From assembly GCA_040954595.2 (NCBI GenBank), contig CM082587.2, positions 9,181,403 through 9,245,402 of the forward strand: 64,000 nucleotides of DNA, in the 5' to 3' direction. This DNA comes from Balanoglossus misakiensis (taxonomy: Eukaryota > Animalia > Hemichordata). Shown here piece after piece: positions 42,265-55,225 of the stretch (its first letter is position 1; each line of letters begins with the position of its first letter). The position numbers and the translations under genes are program-made. A model generated the notes under the pieces. It had not been told where the DNA came from. It was given only the letters and a program-made list of their open reading frames with translations, and searched no databases.

Positions 42265-42522
42265 CATTTATTGATGTTTGCTTCGCAAGTTACTCACAGC
42301 TGAAGAAACATAAACATTCAACCAGTTTTCCCAAATACAATGTAACTGTTTACAGTATACATTTACTTAAACGATAAGTTGTATTTCAAAAAAGTTACCT
42401 GTACATAACCCACAACACACAGCCCACTGTAATAAAGCAACATTTATTCTTATTAATACAGTCTGTATTTTTAAGATCGCAATAGTCATGGCATGACTCT
42501 GCAGTATCTCTGACAGTAAATA

Positions 42523-42920
42523 CTACCGTTGTCATTTAAGCACCCCGAAACACTGATAAGAACTCCAATATAATTAGCCAGAGTAAACTGAGATTTTTAT
42601 GCTGAAGTCGGCATATGGTTACATTTGCAATGATCATTATGACTGATTACATAGCTCTGTATCAACATGTACCACAGGGGGCATCCTGCTTCAAAACTGA
42701 CACTGTGTAAAATCTCTTTACAAATGTGTACACATGTGTTTTAGACATGTTCGAAGCAGGACACCCCCAGAGTGTGTTGATACAGAACTGCTCTAATCAG
42801 TTCTAATGATCAAAACGAACGTAACCAGATGCCGACTTCAGCGTAGCAATCTCAGTTTACTCTGGCTAATTATATTGGAGTTCTTATCAGTGTTTCGGGG
42901 TGCTTAAATGACAACGGTAG
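42523..42920. mobile_element. 398-bp palindromic TA-TSD MITE, absent from the paralogous site (~54426)
   Basis: TA|CTACCGTTGTCATTTAAGCACCCCG ... CGGGGTGCTTAAATGACAACGGTAG|TA; empty site gtaaatatatgatac in the second copy. Confidence 0.85.
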
Positions 42921-43729
42921 TATATGATACGTTTATGAAAGACTGTGTACACCACTGATACAGATTTGCAAAACAGGAGCTAGAATCTGGAAACATTGAA
43001 GAATTGGTCGGAAGAGTGCTCACTATAAGTTATAAGCATTACGTCATTTCTGGTGATAAAAAACCCTTTGCTATTCCCTCGTTTGAAATTTGTTAGAGCG
43101 TGGTTCACTAATCAGGACCTGAAAATGAATTACAAGAAAGTGTTTAAGTATTTATAGATGTGAAATGGTACACACGTATAGACAGTCAGTAAGATCGTGT
43201 AGAATGCACAATTTTAATGTAGTGTCATATTTGTACGTATCACTTATCTTTGATTGCAGTTGCTTGCAGTAGTTTCCTCACTTTGTTCTATCTGTCCCGT
43301 TGAGGGACCGTTCTGCCATCAATAACATGTTCTTAACATACATGTAAGCATGACAGAGCCAATTTCAAAGTAGTGTGGTGTTTATTGTGTCTGGGTGATA
43401 ATGTAAATGTTTCCAGACAAAATATCAAGTAGACATGTTCATGGAGCTCTGTTTGGAGAAGGGGTTATTCTGAGGTTGTTGGATCAAATTTGAGGTCAGC
43501 TTAAATGCCTATTATAAACTTGTTTATTTTCACTTCCTGCTTTCTGATATATGAAAGCTCGTAAAATGAGAAGTACCACATGGTGCAAGAGATAGTATCA
43601 GGTTGTTGACTGCACTTCCTTATTTCTAAAAACATGAAACTGGATCTGTATATATTGTGTCCATCCTTTATGGTGCCTTGATTAGAAGGGCAACTGCGAC
43701 AGTACCGGTACGTTCTGATGATAGGTAGG

Positions 43730-46700
43730 ATGGCGATCTCTGTTGCTGTCATATTCCTGACTGTTTTGACACTGGTCTGCTCACATACAAGTGTGCACAC
43801 AGCACAAGTTGGTAAGTTGTACAGATTTTGACTTGGACAATTGTGAAAGTATTATTCAATTTGGCAGATTGTCCAAGAGTGGTGTGGCTTAAACTTTAAG
43901 TTGGTGGATTAGCCCTGGAGAAACACAAATCACTGTCACTAACAAATTAGACATGAAAACTGAAATATCCCTCTACCCAGAGGTAGTGCTGTGTTTAGAC
44001 TGTTTATCATACTAGCAGAGGCTGTTAAAATTGGGGGACGTGACGTGATAGCTTTGGCCTAGCTACAAGCATATAGACAGTAGAGGGGGGAAAGGGAGTC
44101 TACATCAGATCCATGTTTGAGTTTGACAATTTTATTTATATAATCATAGAATTGAAGTAGCCAAAGAACATCTGTCTAATGTTGCACATTTTAATACTGC
44201 TTCTTTCCAACATTTTGTCTACAGAAATGTGCGTTGTTGGCCCACAGCTGCACCGACCAATGGTTTTTACGTTTTTAAGTTTTAACTTATTCATTCAGTT
44301 ACTGGTGCATAGAAGCTCGCGTTCAAATCTCAAAGACAGTAACCATGCGAGTTACTGTCTTTGGAAAAGATGATGCCATGATTATGATCATTACAATGTT
44401 TAATTCTCAGATCCATGCAGTAGTGTTCCTGATCCAAATGGTATATACCGACATGTGCGGTACTTACGTCGGGCTAATGCTGATGGTCAGTATCCCCATG
44501 AATCATATGCAGAGGTCAGCTGCATTCCAGGAAGAATCTTTGCTGGTGATAATAGATTCCTGCAGTGTAACTTAGGAAGATGGCTTCCAGAGGGAGAGCT
44601 ATGCATAGAAGGTTTGAAATATAATTGATTTATAAATAATTCTTAATGTATGGTCCTTCTGAAGCACTAATAATACAAATGTACTTGAATCTATGAGGTT
44701 TTATTGTTAAATGCCTGAAAAGTTTGACAGGAAATACATGGGTATTCTTGAAATGTTGTTTAGTATAATGTGGGTTGTATTTAAGTGCAGATGTTTCAGA
44801 CATAGTAGCCAAATTGCCAAGACCATTTTACTGATAATTTTTGTTTGTCCCCTGCAGAACCTTGTCAACTGCCTCCTTTGCCAGATAATGCTGAATTCAC
44901 TTCATCGTACGAGGGGAGTATACCACCAAGAGAGTCTATTGGTTTTCGGTGCAGTGAGGGCTACAGCATGATTGGAGATGCATCTGTTGTCTGTAGAAGT
45001 GGAGAATGGCGGGGGCGATTGCCAGAGTGTACACCAGGTGAGATTCTGAGTGATATAGCTTACACTGTCACTCTGTAGTTGAATATTTATGAACCAACCT
45101 GATCAAGGGCAGCTGATAATTAAAGCATATGAAACTAGTTTTGAATCCTGTAAAATATCTCTGATTAGCAGTGCATAAAAATGGTATTATGTTTTGTTTC
45201 AGCACCCTGTGCTATCATAGATGCTTCAGGCCGATTAAGAGTGAATTATGATGATGATGATCAAGATGGTTTGGCATATCTTCATGGAACAACTGCCACA
45301 TTTAGCTGTTCAAGTTCATCCTATGAAATAAGTGGTCTGGAACAAGTTGAATGTAGGCTTGGTGACTGGTCTGGTGAAATACCAGAATGTGTACCAGGTT
45401 TGTATTTTGACTTTACTACCATTTGCTTTCGCCATCGTAGTTGTGGCCCACTTGGATGACATTGGTAAATGAAAAAAATCAGTATTTTGATGACATTAGC
45501 CAAGCTAAGGTGTCCAGAACTTAATTCCATTTATGGTTGGATATCGTTGCACCAATATGTCAAATAATACATGTACTTAGTGTACTGAAACAAACATATT
45601 TATTTCCAGCTTCTTGTCAGATAACACCAGATATTAGTCAAGATCATGGTGCTGTAAATACGGACAGTTCTAAAGTCAGTCATGGAGAATATGTTACATA
45701 TACTTGCAACGAGGGATATGAAATTGATGGAAGGCGTTTATCAAACTCTGTGAACATTCAGTGTTATTTGGGACGGTTGAGAGACAGTTTTCCTAACTGC
45801 ATACCAGGTAAATGTTCACCATATATTTACTAGAAATGGGTTTATTGTATTCTTTGTGAACGCCAGTGGTGAAGAGGCAGGAGACATTCTTTGCAAAAGC
45901 CTTATCAATACTTGCTACAGTGTTTTGTCTTTAAACTTTGACAAGCGTATGATTCAAGGTTCGTGGACACGCTTAAGTGTATATACCTTTACTTCTATTT
46001 CCATGGGTGAACCGGGATATTTTTATTCTTTTAGTTTAGTTTGGTTAGGGACTAAATATCCTGAGATAATGATGTCCCATCAGAGTCTAGTTCGGAAGTA
46101 CTGGTCAATAAATGAAAAGTCAATGATGCCCATAGATAAGAGTCCGGCAATGAGTTCCAATTCTCTAGTATAGTTCAGAGTTCAATATTCATGTAACTAT
46201 CCGCCATGGTGTAATACACACTGTGACACATAAATAAATAAATGATTCATCATTCTCACAAATAAATTCTCGAAATAAAGTCTCACAAAATAGTTCAATA
46301 GCAGGTTCTCTGACGCGAACAGGGAAACAGTTCACTCTGGTATAATCCATCAAATTCTGGTTTGGAAGTGATGGTCAATGTTATTTTTGAAATCGTTGAC
46401 ATCCTTAGATAGCACAACATAGTCCGGTAATGAGTTCCATTCTTTAACAACGCGAACAGGGAAACAGTTCTTTCTTATGTCCAATCTAGCAAAGCTCTGG
46501 TGTAGTTTGGCAGTGTGACCTCTTGTAGGTGCATATAAGCATCTCTGTAATGACAAATTGCAGCTGTCAATGTTATTGATAATTTTATACACCTGCAACA
46601 TATCTCCACGGATCCGACGGGTTTCCAGTGTTGTTAAACGTAGAATATGCAACCTTTCAGTGTATGGTTTATCCTGAAGTCCGTCTATGTATTTGGTAAC

Positions 46701-49700
46701 TCTTCTTTGAACCTTTTCTAAAGCTATAATGTCCTTCTGTAACCATGGTGACCAACCTTGTGAGGCGTATTCCAAGTGGGGTCTGATGAACTGTTTATAC
46801 AAACGAAGAATGATGCCCTTGGAGCGTAGTGTGAATGACCTTTTTATCATACCAAAGACTCTGTTGGCTTTTTTCACTGCCTCAGTACACTGTCTGCTGG
46901 GCTTAAGAGAATTATGGATTATTACACCAACATCCTTTTCTTCATCAACTGCAGTCAGGGTGATATCCCTCATAGTATACTGCAACTTGGGATTCTTACA
47001 GCCCACATGCACAACTTTACATTTTGATACGTTGAATTCCATCAGCCATTTTTCAGACCACTCAACAAGATGATTCAAATCACTCTGCAGTTCTCCATTA
47101 TCCTTGATCAGAGGACCTACAGATTCCTTAATTTTCTGTTTGGATCTAATATATGAATAGAAAAGTCTGGGTTTGTCCTTCATATTTGTTACCAACATAG
47201 ATTCAAAGCTCCGCTTGGCTTCTTTAATCTTCCTAGTAGTTAAGTTCCTGTGTTGTTTATACTTTAGGTAATCTGTTTCATCATTGGAAATGCAGAACCT
47301 CTTCCAGAGTTTGTGTTTCTTGCGTATAATATGCAGTGTTTCTCTAGCTAACCATTTGGGTTTATTCTTCCTTGGTCTTTTCCTCATAGGAATACATTCT
47401 TTCATTAGATCAACAACTGAATTTCTGAAGAAATCCCAGCAGTCATCAAGGGGAGCGGCAGTATCAGCGAGATGTTCATTCCAGTCAATTAGTCTCAGTT
47501 CACATTTAAGTCTCTCAAAATCAGCATTACGAATATCAGGAATAAGTACATCCTCCTGGCTGATAACTGACTCAATCTGGATCTCAAATTCAATTATCAC
47601 ATGGTCACTGCGACCCAGATGACCCATCTGAGTACATTCACTGATCATGTTAGGCTCCGAAGAGAAAATCAAGTCTAAGCAGTTGTTAGCTCTAGTAGGA
47701 AAGTCCACGTTTTGTGTCAGGCAACAATCCTGTATACAATCCAAAAAAGCTTCTCCATGGCAGCCACTGCTAAGTTGGTTCCAGTCGATGTCCGGAAAAT
47801 TAAAGTCACCAACAATAACCATGTGCTGCGAAGACATTTCCATTAACATCTTTAAAAGTTTGTCATTGTTTTCCTGAGTGCTGTTTGGAGACCTATATAT
47901 TGTGCTAAAAACCAGTGGAGTTGAGCTCGGAGTTAGCTGTATTGTGCACCATACTGAGTTTGAAAACGGATTGTCCTCCAGAATGTGCAATTCGTTTGTA
48001 TCTAGGCCATCTTTGACATAAATCAGAACACCTCCACCCCTCCCTCCATGTGTGTCTTCTCTATCCTGTCTTAATATTGTGCTGTATCCTGGAATGGTCA
48101 GTTCAGAGTTATTAATATCACTGTGTGTCCACGATTCTGTTAAAGCAACTATATCAAAATTCTTCTCTGCTAACACAGCTTCCAGTTCGTCTCGTTTATT
48201 CATAATACTCTGTACATTTGTGTACATACATTTTAATGTACTGTCTCTTCCATTACTGTCACGGCTGAGTTTAGAAGTGCTTGTAGTATTAGTGGTATTT
48301 ACAATGTTATCTGCACAGACACTCATGCTTGGATTTCTACTGGAATCGTCAATTGTATATACAAGTCTCTTCTTCCTCTTTTCATTACTATTTACAGTTT
48401 GGCATCTGCCCATCTTCATTACTTTTTTGCATCATGAGGTACTCTGGTAATTATCTTCCCTCTATAAATTTTTAAGTTCTCTTCCCCGTTCTCTTTTCTT
48501 CTCTTTAGTTCTGCTCTGAGCTGTCTATTAATTTCTCGTTCATGTTTGGTAAAGTCTGGTGTAATGTACACTTTCTGGTACTCAATGTTCTTACTATCTT
48601 TCAAGTTTATGGCCTTCTGCAGCACTTTGGAGCGAAACTGCTGGTTCTGGAATTCCACTCTGATAGGTCTTGCATAATTACCATCGTCTTGTTGTTTTCC
48701 CAGTCTCTGTGTCTGAAATCCCTCTTCTACTGTTAGACCGATATCTCTAAAAATATCTTTCACCACATCTTCGTCATCTCTGTCGGTGTCCTCCTTGCAA
48801 TTCTTTATAATGACGTTAGCTCGTCGCTTCACTTTCTCTAGCTCCTCGTGGACGCCATCTTGAATCATACTTGGGATCTTTTCGGTATTTTCTTTTAACT
48901 CTTCCACTGTAGTTTGCAAAGCCGTCACATCATTCTGCATATTATTTTGTCGCTGTTCCAAACTGGTAAGTTTAGCCATGATATTAGCCGCACAACTATT
49001 ACACTTGTTGCAGTACCAGTGTATCGGACTTTGACAACTATTACACTTGTTGCAGTACCAGTGTATCGGACTTTGATCGTGTTAGACCCTCACAGCCAAT
49101 ATGGTGAAAGTACTTGCAAATTCCACATACTAGTGCAGCATCGCTTTCTTTAATCTCCTTCTTACACGTACCACATGCACAGTTCGCTACATCCTTGGTC
49201 CTTTCCGACCTTGACTTCGAAGATGCACTGCCACGCCTTGTCATCATGGGGGCCGCCATCTTGAATAGTGTTACGTTGTAGGTATCAGCGCTCACACACT
49301 AAATCGTGTCGGGAGGCCTCCAATGACCATAAAAACTGAAGCTACTTGTCCAGGGGCATCAGGAAACACCAGCAGACACTACCATAACATTACATGTGAG
49401 ATTCTTCGATAGAACCCATGAATAACTCTCAAAAACATCGGAGCACGTAAACAGCTTGACCAGCACAACCGCAGCGCCCTCAAAACTTCATGTCATTTTC
49501 CTGGTGAAGTGAATTTAAAGGGGGTTACTAGAATAGTTTTAAGTGACTGTGGTTGTGTTTTGATCTATAATAATGAAAAACATAATTAAAAGCTAAACCT
49601 CTTCTCATTTCAGCATCATGTACTCTGCTACCTGCCGATGGACTTGATTATGTTAACCCACAAAGATCTTACCTTGAATCAAGAGAGAGAATTTTATTTA

Positions 49701-52700
49701 CCTGTGCAGATGGTCTGGTACCTGACCCAGCAAATGAAGAAGTCACCTGTTTTGAGGGTTCATTCCTTCCAAACACACCAAGATGCAAACGTGGTATGTT
49801 TTCATCAAATGTATACCTCAATATTTGTACAACACATTCATTATTTATTTCGGATCTGCGTTCAGATCCAATGGCAACATTTTGTACCACAACTTTATTT
49901 CTGAAATCCAAAATTGAGACTGAGGTTATCAGTTACAAAAACAATCTGACTCATAGAAAATATTTTCTGTTACAGCACCATGTCAACTTCCACAGTTGAC
50001 TCTACCTTTAATCATCAAAAGTCATCGTTATGTAGATTCTAGGTTGGTAGATGGTGAAACTGAAATAGAAATTGGATGCACAGATGGTTACATGCCAGTC
50101 AATGGAGACACAAACCAAATATGCCAAGATGGCAGATGGAGAGTGCCAGTTTCTAATCCTACCACAGACGCAAGGAATCCAGTTTGCCAACAGGGTTAGT
50201 ACAATATTTGGTGGGATTTGATCACTCCTCTGAGGGAGAAACATTTTCAATAATGGCAAATTATACTGTTTTTGCACAATAAAAGCCAACTTCACAGGTT
50301 GATTGAATTCAGATGTACACCCAATGACCACTTATGTCTAACATTTATTTCACTGTATCTGTTTTCCAGTTGATGAACGTAGTTGTGAATGTCCTGAGAC
50401 CAATCATAATGTCATAATTTATTATGATAATAAGCAACTGGACAGCTGTTCATCTGGAATATTCCCGTCTGGGACAGTCATAACACAACGCTGCTCAGAT
50501 ATTGGCAAATATATTCTGAGTGAAACACGTGGCGTATCGTCCATAACTAGAACATGCCATAACACTCAATGGACAGCTAATGTGGCTACATGTCGTAAGT
50601 ATTTCTTACAGTTATAACTGACATTGACAGAAAGTCAGTACATGATCATGTAGTTATAATAATTGTAGTTAAATATAGGTCTTCTTTATAAATCTGTGTT
50701 ATTATCATACATGTAGATGTAACTCTATGGTGGTTGCATCTTAACAATGGCTGATAAATAGTAATTAATGGCAAATTAGCTTGATAATTTATTGTTTCAT
50801 TTTCATTCAGAACGTTCAGTTGGAGAAATCACATGGGAAGGTGATTCTCCAAGAGAAGTCACAGAAGATGGTAGATTATTCGTTTATCCCTTAGAAGATA
50901 CACTTTTCTTTCTGGATTGTAGATCTCTATCACCTCGTGTCAGTCATCCTTTTCTGACTTGGTATAGAGGTAACAATCGCAAGTCTTCGTACAGCATAGG
51001 AAATGGATACCGACGGCTCAGATTCCGACCTCCAAAAAATAAACACTCTGGTACATACACCTGTTGGTATGGAAGTACAGCACAACATTATGTTACTTTG
51101 GAAATGCAAGGTATAACACATCAACTTTATCTCATGCCACAATTTTGATATGTTAATGTATAATTTCTTTATACAATATTTTGTGCTCAGTTCCATTGTG
51201 GTCTTGTGCATGCTTGTGGTTGCTACATGAGTTGTTTCGATAGGTCGGGATATGAATCCCGTAAACTACATGTCAATTACTTGTACAACATGCAATACCA
51301 CATATGAAACTGATGCATATGAAATGTTGGTGGTTCTTGTGTTGCTCTCTTATGCGGCCAAACAGTATTAGGTGCCTATTGGCTTACCAAATTGACTAAT
51401 TTCTTACATATAAATAATTTTACATGTTCAGATATCACTAGTCCATGAAATGGACCCATAGAGCCAAACTATCATTAAATCAGTTTGTTTCTCTTCTAGT
51501 TTTCAGGTAAGTTACTCTGACTCACTGACATATTTGTTGACTTGTTTCTTCTGCAGCGGTGCAATGTCCAGATGTTCCAGATTTAGCAAACGGGACCATA
51601 GCGCCAGACCGCCATCCACTGAGTACAGGACCATTCATCCTTGGAGATAAAGTTTCGTTTTCGTGTGGTTATGGCTATCAACTTCATGGTGTTTCAACCG
51701 TCACATGTACATACAGAGGGGAATGGTCTGACAGAATACCAACTTGTCAGCGTAAGTATTTTGTTATAAACAGAGGTGGTCAACTCAGATTGGATTCCAC
51801 ATATCATTCATGTCTACAACCAATCATACAGTTCTTTGGCCTTCATTAAGGTACAATATGTGACACTCTGTGGGTTCAACTTCTCCATGCAAAAATAGAC
51901 TAATCCTTTGTACAATATGTGAACAATTTGTTGGATATGTTAATTGCCATCTGGATTGCAGGAAAGTATTTGATATAAGGATCAGTAATTATAAATTTGT
52001 TTGTATGTTGACAGCAAGCACCTGCCCTGACATTGATATTGATGCACCTGAAGATGGTTTTAAAACTCACAGCAGTAGCACAGTTGGAAGTAAGATTGAA
52101 TTTTCTTGTAACCAAGGCTACATACTGGAAGGAGTGAATGAAATAGAATGTGGACCCAATTTCCGATGGTCAGATGGTGTTCCTACATGTAGGAGTAAGT
52201 ATTCTATTCGACTTGAATGTTAGTTATTTCATAATTTGTACTTGTTACGTACACTACACATTGTACGTCATTGAAAGATATTTTGAACTGATTCTTCTTT
52301 TACCAAAATAGATGAGAATGAATGCGGCAACGTCATGTGTGAAGAGTGGGAAATATGCACAGATAGATCTGGTGTAAAAGAATGTGCCTGTCGACCAGCA
52401 AGTCATTGTGTAGAAGGTGATGATGAACATGTCTGTGGCACCGATGGCAGAACATATAGATCACTTTGTCGGTTAAATGCAATACGGTGTTTAGGGAGAG
52501 ATGTTCAGAAGTCCTCAGATGGTGTCTGTTCTGGTGGTAAGTCATTTACTGTGCTCCAATTCAATACTTCTGGTCTAAATGTTTCAGTATAGTCCTTGCA
52601 GCAAATTTATAGCATACTGTATGCTGCACATATGCAGATGGTTCTTTTTTTCTTGTGAACTTGCTACAAGTTTGCTGCAAACTCCTTGCAGAAAACCTGC

Positions 52701-53897
52701 AGTAATGACTCATCAATCATTTGTATTTAGAGATTTTCTTATCTTGTCTGCAGGTACAGGACAACCAGGTAGTGATGAAACAGAGGAGAGCTCTGAAGAA
52801 ACAGAAGGTACAGGTGCAATGCATATATTCCCAATATACAATAATTAATCATTAATCTGTTGCATTGTTCCCTTTGGTTATCTATCCAACATCATTCAGA
52901 AGTTCTTTGCGACTTATGACATCATGCAGTAGGTTTCTTCTGAGCCTGTTGTCTAAAGATAGATTTAAACATATGCATATTGTCTAACCAGCACATGTGT
53001 ACATGTACTTTACTGTACATGTGTTCTTTGATGCTGCTGGCTTGGGTGGAATATGGTCACTATTAAAATGGAGGAATCACACTCATCTTCAATGTTGCCA
53101 CACACATTTGAATCATAAAACTTTATGCATAAATGAGCATACCAGAAAACTAAATGCATCGTTGTTGTTTTCATTTTCCAGAGAGCTCAGTAGATGAAAC
53201 CTTTGTTGGTGGTGAAGAATGTACTCGATCATGTCCTCCAGATACAATTGAGATTGCCTGTGAGCGTGCAAGAGAGGGTCATAATTTTGGTAAGTTTCTA
53301 ATCTTGGTTTTATTTTTATATGTGTTTGATGGAGCTAGTCATGCATTCAGGATAGTTTGTATATTACTAGGTCTGTATACACCTATATGTGAAACATTAT
53401 TCTTGGAAACGTCAATTCGAGGCTGATCAAACTCCCCCCCCCCCCCCAGCATCCATTCCATGGCAGATGTGCAAACTTTTTCTTTGACATTCATGCAATC
53501 ATATTATTTTTGTGTTATTTCTAATGTTTGGAAATTATAAAAATAAATTATATTAATACTCTTATTTCACATTGCTTTTCCCACAGTTCTCTTTGGTAAT
53601 CTCTCTCATGTGTTAGAAATGGAGGCAAACATATTTTACACCTTTGCAGTCAAGAGAAGCATTCCAATAGATGACAGACCCATTCAATTTGTAGAAGTTG
53701 TGCGAGGACCAGTACGGAGACAGAATGGATGTCAGTGTCCACAGATTGAAAACCGAGGGTCAGTCTATGTCATCTTTGGCACAATTGCAACAGATGGTAC
53801 AAGTCAGCTGCAGGTGGAAAGTCATAACTATGCAGCAGTGTTGAACAATGAAGAAATTACACGTCTAACAACAGTGTGCCCAGCTTTGTTCGAATAG
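43730..53897 (+). CDS. Secreted multi-CCP (sushi) protein, LEV-9/Hikaru-genki-like, with Ig, follistatin/Kazal and C-terminal NTR-like domains (exon 2 broken, exons 3-4 deleted)
   Basis: Signal exon 43730-43811 (MAISVAVIFLTVLTLVCS). Broken exon 44225-44270. Open phase-1 exons: 44411-44611, 44858-45037, 45203-45397, 45610-45807, 49614-49793, 49976-50194, 50370-50594 (RCSDIGKYIL), Ig 50811-51110 (TEDGRLFVYP..LDC..SGTYTC), CCP 51557-51751 and 52015-52194, Kazal 52312-52536 (VCGTDGRTYRSLC), acidic linker 52754-52807, 53182-53289, 53587-53897 (GCQCPQI..YVIFG, TAG). Confidence 0.7.
45950..49480 (-). mobile_element. CR1-clade LINE with near-complete 5' end and an in-frame deletion of the RT core (ends approximate)
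   Basis: ORF1 with PHD finger (CGTCKK..CGICKYFHHIGC; 49041-49295) and RANVII..RPIRV..ITPD region (48419-48979). ORF2 46350-48419 has APE motifs (TESW, GGGV, YRSPN, GDFN, SDH) joined directly to post-RT LQSDL..FNVSKC..RPHLEY..TRGH. Confidence 0.85.
46350..48419 (-). CDS. CR1 ORF2 derivative, 689 aa: APE endonuclease plus C-terminal region, no RT catalytic core
   Basis: ORF track. Junction GPLIKDNGE|LQSDLNHL; no NYRPISL, QG or YADD motifs. Confidence 0.75.
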   Translation of the reverse strand: MKMGRCQTVNSNEKRKKRLVYTIDDSSRNPSMSVCADNIVNTTNTTSTSKLSRDSNGRDSTLKCMYTNVQSIMNKRDELEAVLAEKNFDIVALTESWTHSDINNSELTIPGYSTILRQDREDTHGGRGGGVLIYVKDGLDTNELHILEDNPFSNSVWCTIQLTPSSTPLVFSTIYRSPNSTQENNDKLLKMLMEMSSQHMVIVGDFNFPDIDWNQLSSGCHGEAFLDCIQDCCLTQNVDFPTRANNCLDLIFSSEPNMISECTQMGHLGRSDHVIIEFEIQIESVISQEDVLIPDIRNADFERLKCELRLIDWNEHLADTAAPLDDCWDFFRNSVVDLMKECIPMRKRPRKNKPKWLARETLHIIRKKHKLWKRFCISNDETDYLKYKQHRNLTTRKIKEAKRSFESMLVTNMKDKPRLFYSYIRSKQKIKESVGPLIKDNGELQSDLNHLVEWSEKWLMEFNVSKCKVVHVGCKNPKLQYTMRDITLTAVDEEKDVGVIIHNSLKPSRQCTEAVKKANRVFGMIKRSFTLRSKGIILRLYKQFIRPHLEYASQGWSPWLQKDIIALEKVQRRVTKYIDGLQDKPYTERLHILRLTTLETRRIRGDMLQVYKIINNIDSCNLSLQRCLYAPTRGHTAKLHQSFARLDIRKNCFPVRVVKEWNSLPDYVVLSKDVNDFKNNIDHHFQTRI

Positions 53898-54108
53898 AAT
53901 TAGGTGCTCGCAAATTTCCTACTATTGCTCAGTCAGAATATTACACAGAGATGATATATTTTTCTGCCACCTGTACAAAACAGTTTGGCGAATATCAAAA
54001 GTTTTTTTAAAAACTGAGTTGTACAATTTAACCTTGAAATTAGCATGTCTGTCAGCCAGTGCAACAACACTCTTTAAACTGAAATGGATCATTCAGCCTC
54101 ATTTATTG

Positions 54109-54169
54109 TAGTCTAGAATCTATCCGTTCGTAGTCGCATTCACCCTACGAACGGATAGATTCTAGACTA
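54109..54169. mobile_element. 61-bp AcademH-like hairpin MITE (duplicate of 42204)
   Basis: Same sequence and same catttattg TSD. Confidence 0.75.
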
Positions 54170-55156
54170 CATTTATTGATGTTTGCTTCGCAAGTTACTC
54201 ACAGCTGAAGAAACATAAAAATTCAACCAGTTTTCCCAAATACAATGTAACTGTTTACAATATACATTTACTTAAACGATAAGTTGTATTTCAAAAAAGT
54301 TACCTGTATATAACCCACAACACACAGCTCACTGTAATAAAGCAACATTTATTCTTATTAATACAGTCTGTATTTTTAAGATCGCAATAGTCATGGCATG
54401 ACTCTGCAGTATCTCTGACAGTAAATATATGATACATTTATGAAAGACTGTGTACACCACTGATACAGATTTGCAAAACAGGAGAATCTGGAAGCATTGA
54501 AGAATTGGTCGGAAGAGTGCTCACTATAAGTTATAAGCATTACGTCATTTCTGGTGATAAAAAACCCTTTGCTATTCCCTCATTTGAAATTTGTTAGAGC
54601 GTGGTTCACTAATCAGGACCTGAAAATGAATTACAAGAAAGTGTTAAAGTATTTATAGATGTGAAATGGTACACACGTATAGACAGTCAGTAAGATCGTG
54701 TAGAATGCACAATTTTAATGTAGTGTCATATTTGTACGTATCACATATCTTTGATTGCAGTTGCTTGCAGTAGTTTCCTCACTTTGTTCTATCTGTCCCG
54801 TTGAGGGACCTTCTGCCATCAATAACATGTTCTTAACATACATGACATGTAAGCATGACAGAGCCAATTTCAAAGTAGTGTGGTGTTTATTGTGTCTGGG
54901 TGATAATGTAACTGTTTCCAGACAAAATATCAAGTAGACATGTTCATGGAGCTCAGTTTGGAGAAGGGGTTATTCTGAGGTTGTTGGATCAAATTTGAGG
55001 TCAGCTTAAATGCCTATTATAAACTTGTTTATTTTCACTTCCTGCTTTCTGATATATGAAAGCTCGTAAAATGAGAAGTACCAGATGGTGCAAGAGATAG
55101 TATCAGGTTGTTGACTGCACTTCCTTATTTCCAAAAACATGAAACCGGATCTGTAT

Positions 55157-55225
55157 TAGTCTAGAATCTATCCGTTCGTAGTCGCGTAGAGTGAATGCGA
55201 CTACGAACGGATAGATTCTAGACTA
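55157..55225. mobile_element. 69-bp AcademH-like hairpin MITE, absent from the paralog (~43643)
   Basis: gatctgtat|TAGTCTAGAATC..GATTCTAGACTA|gatctgtat; single gatctgtat at the empty site. Confidence 0.85.

Noticed and set aside
46729-48450. Plus-strand ORFs of 76-132 aa
   Set aside because: Antisense shadows of CR1 ORF2.
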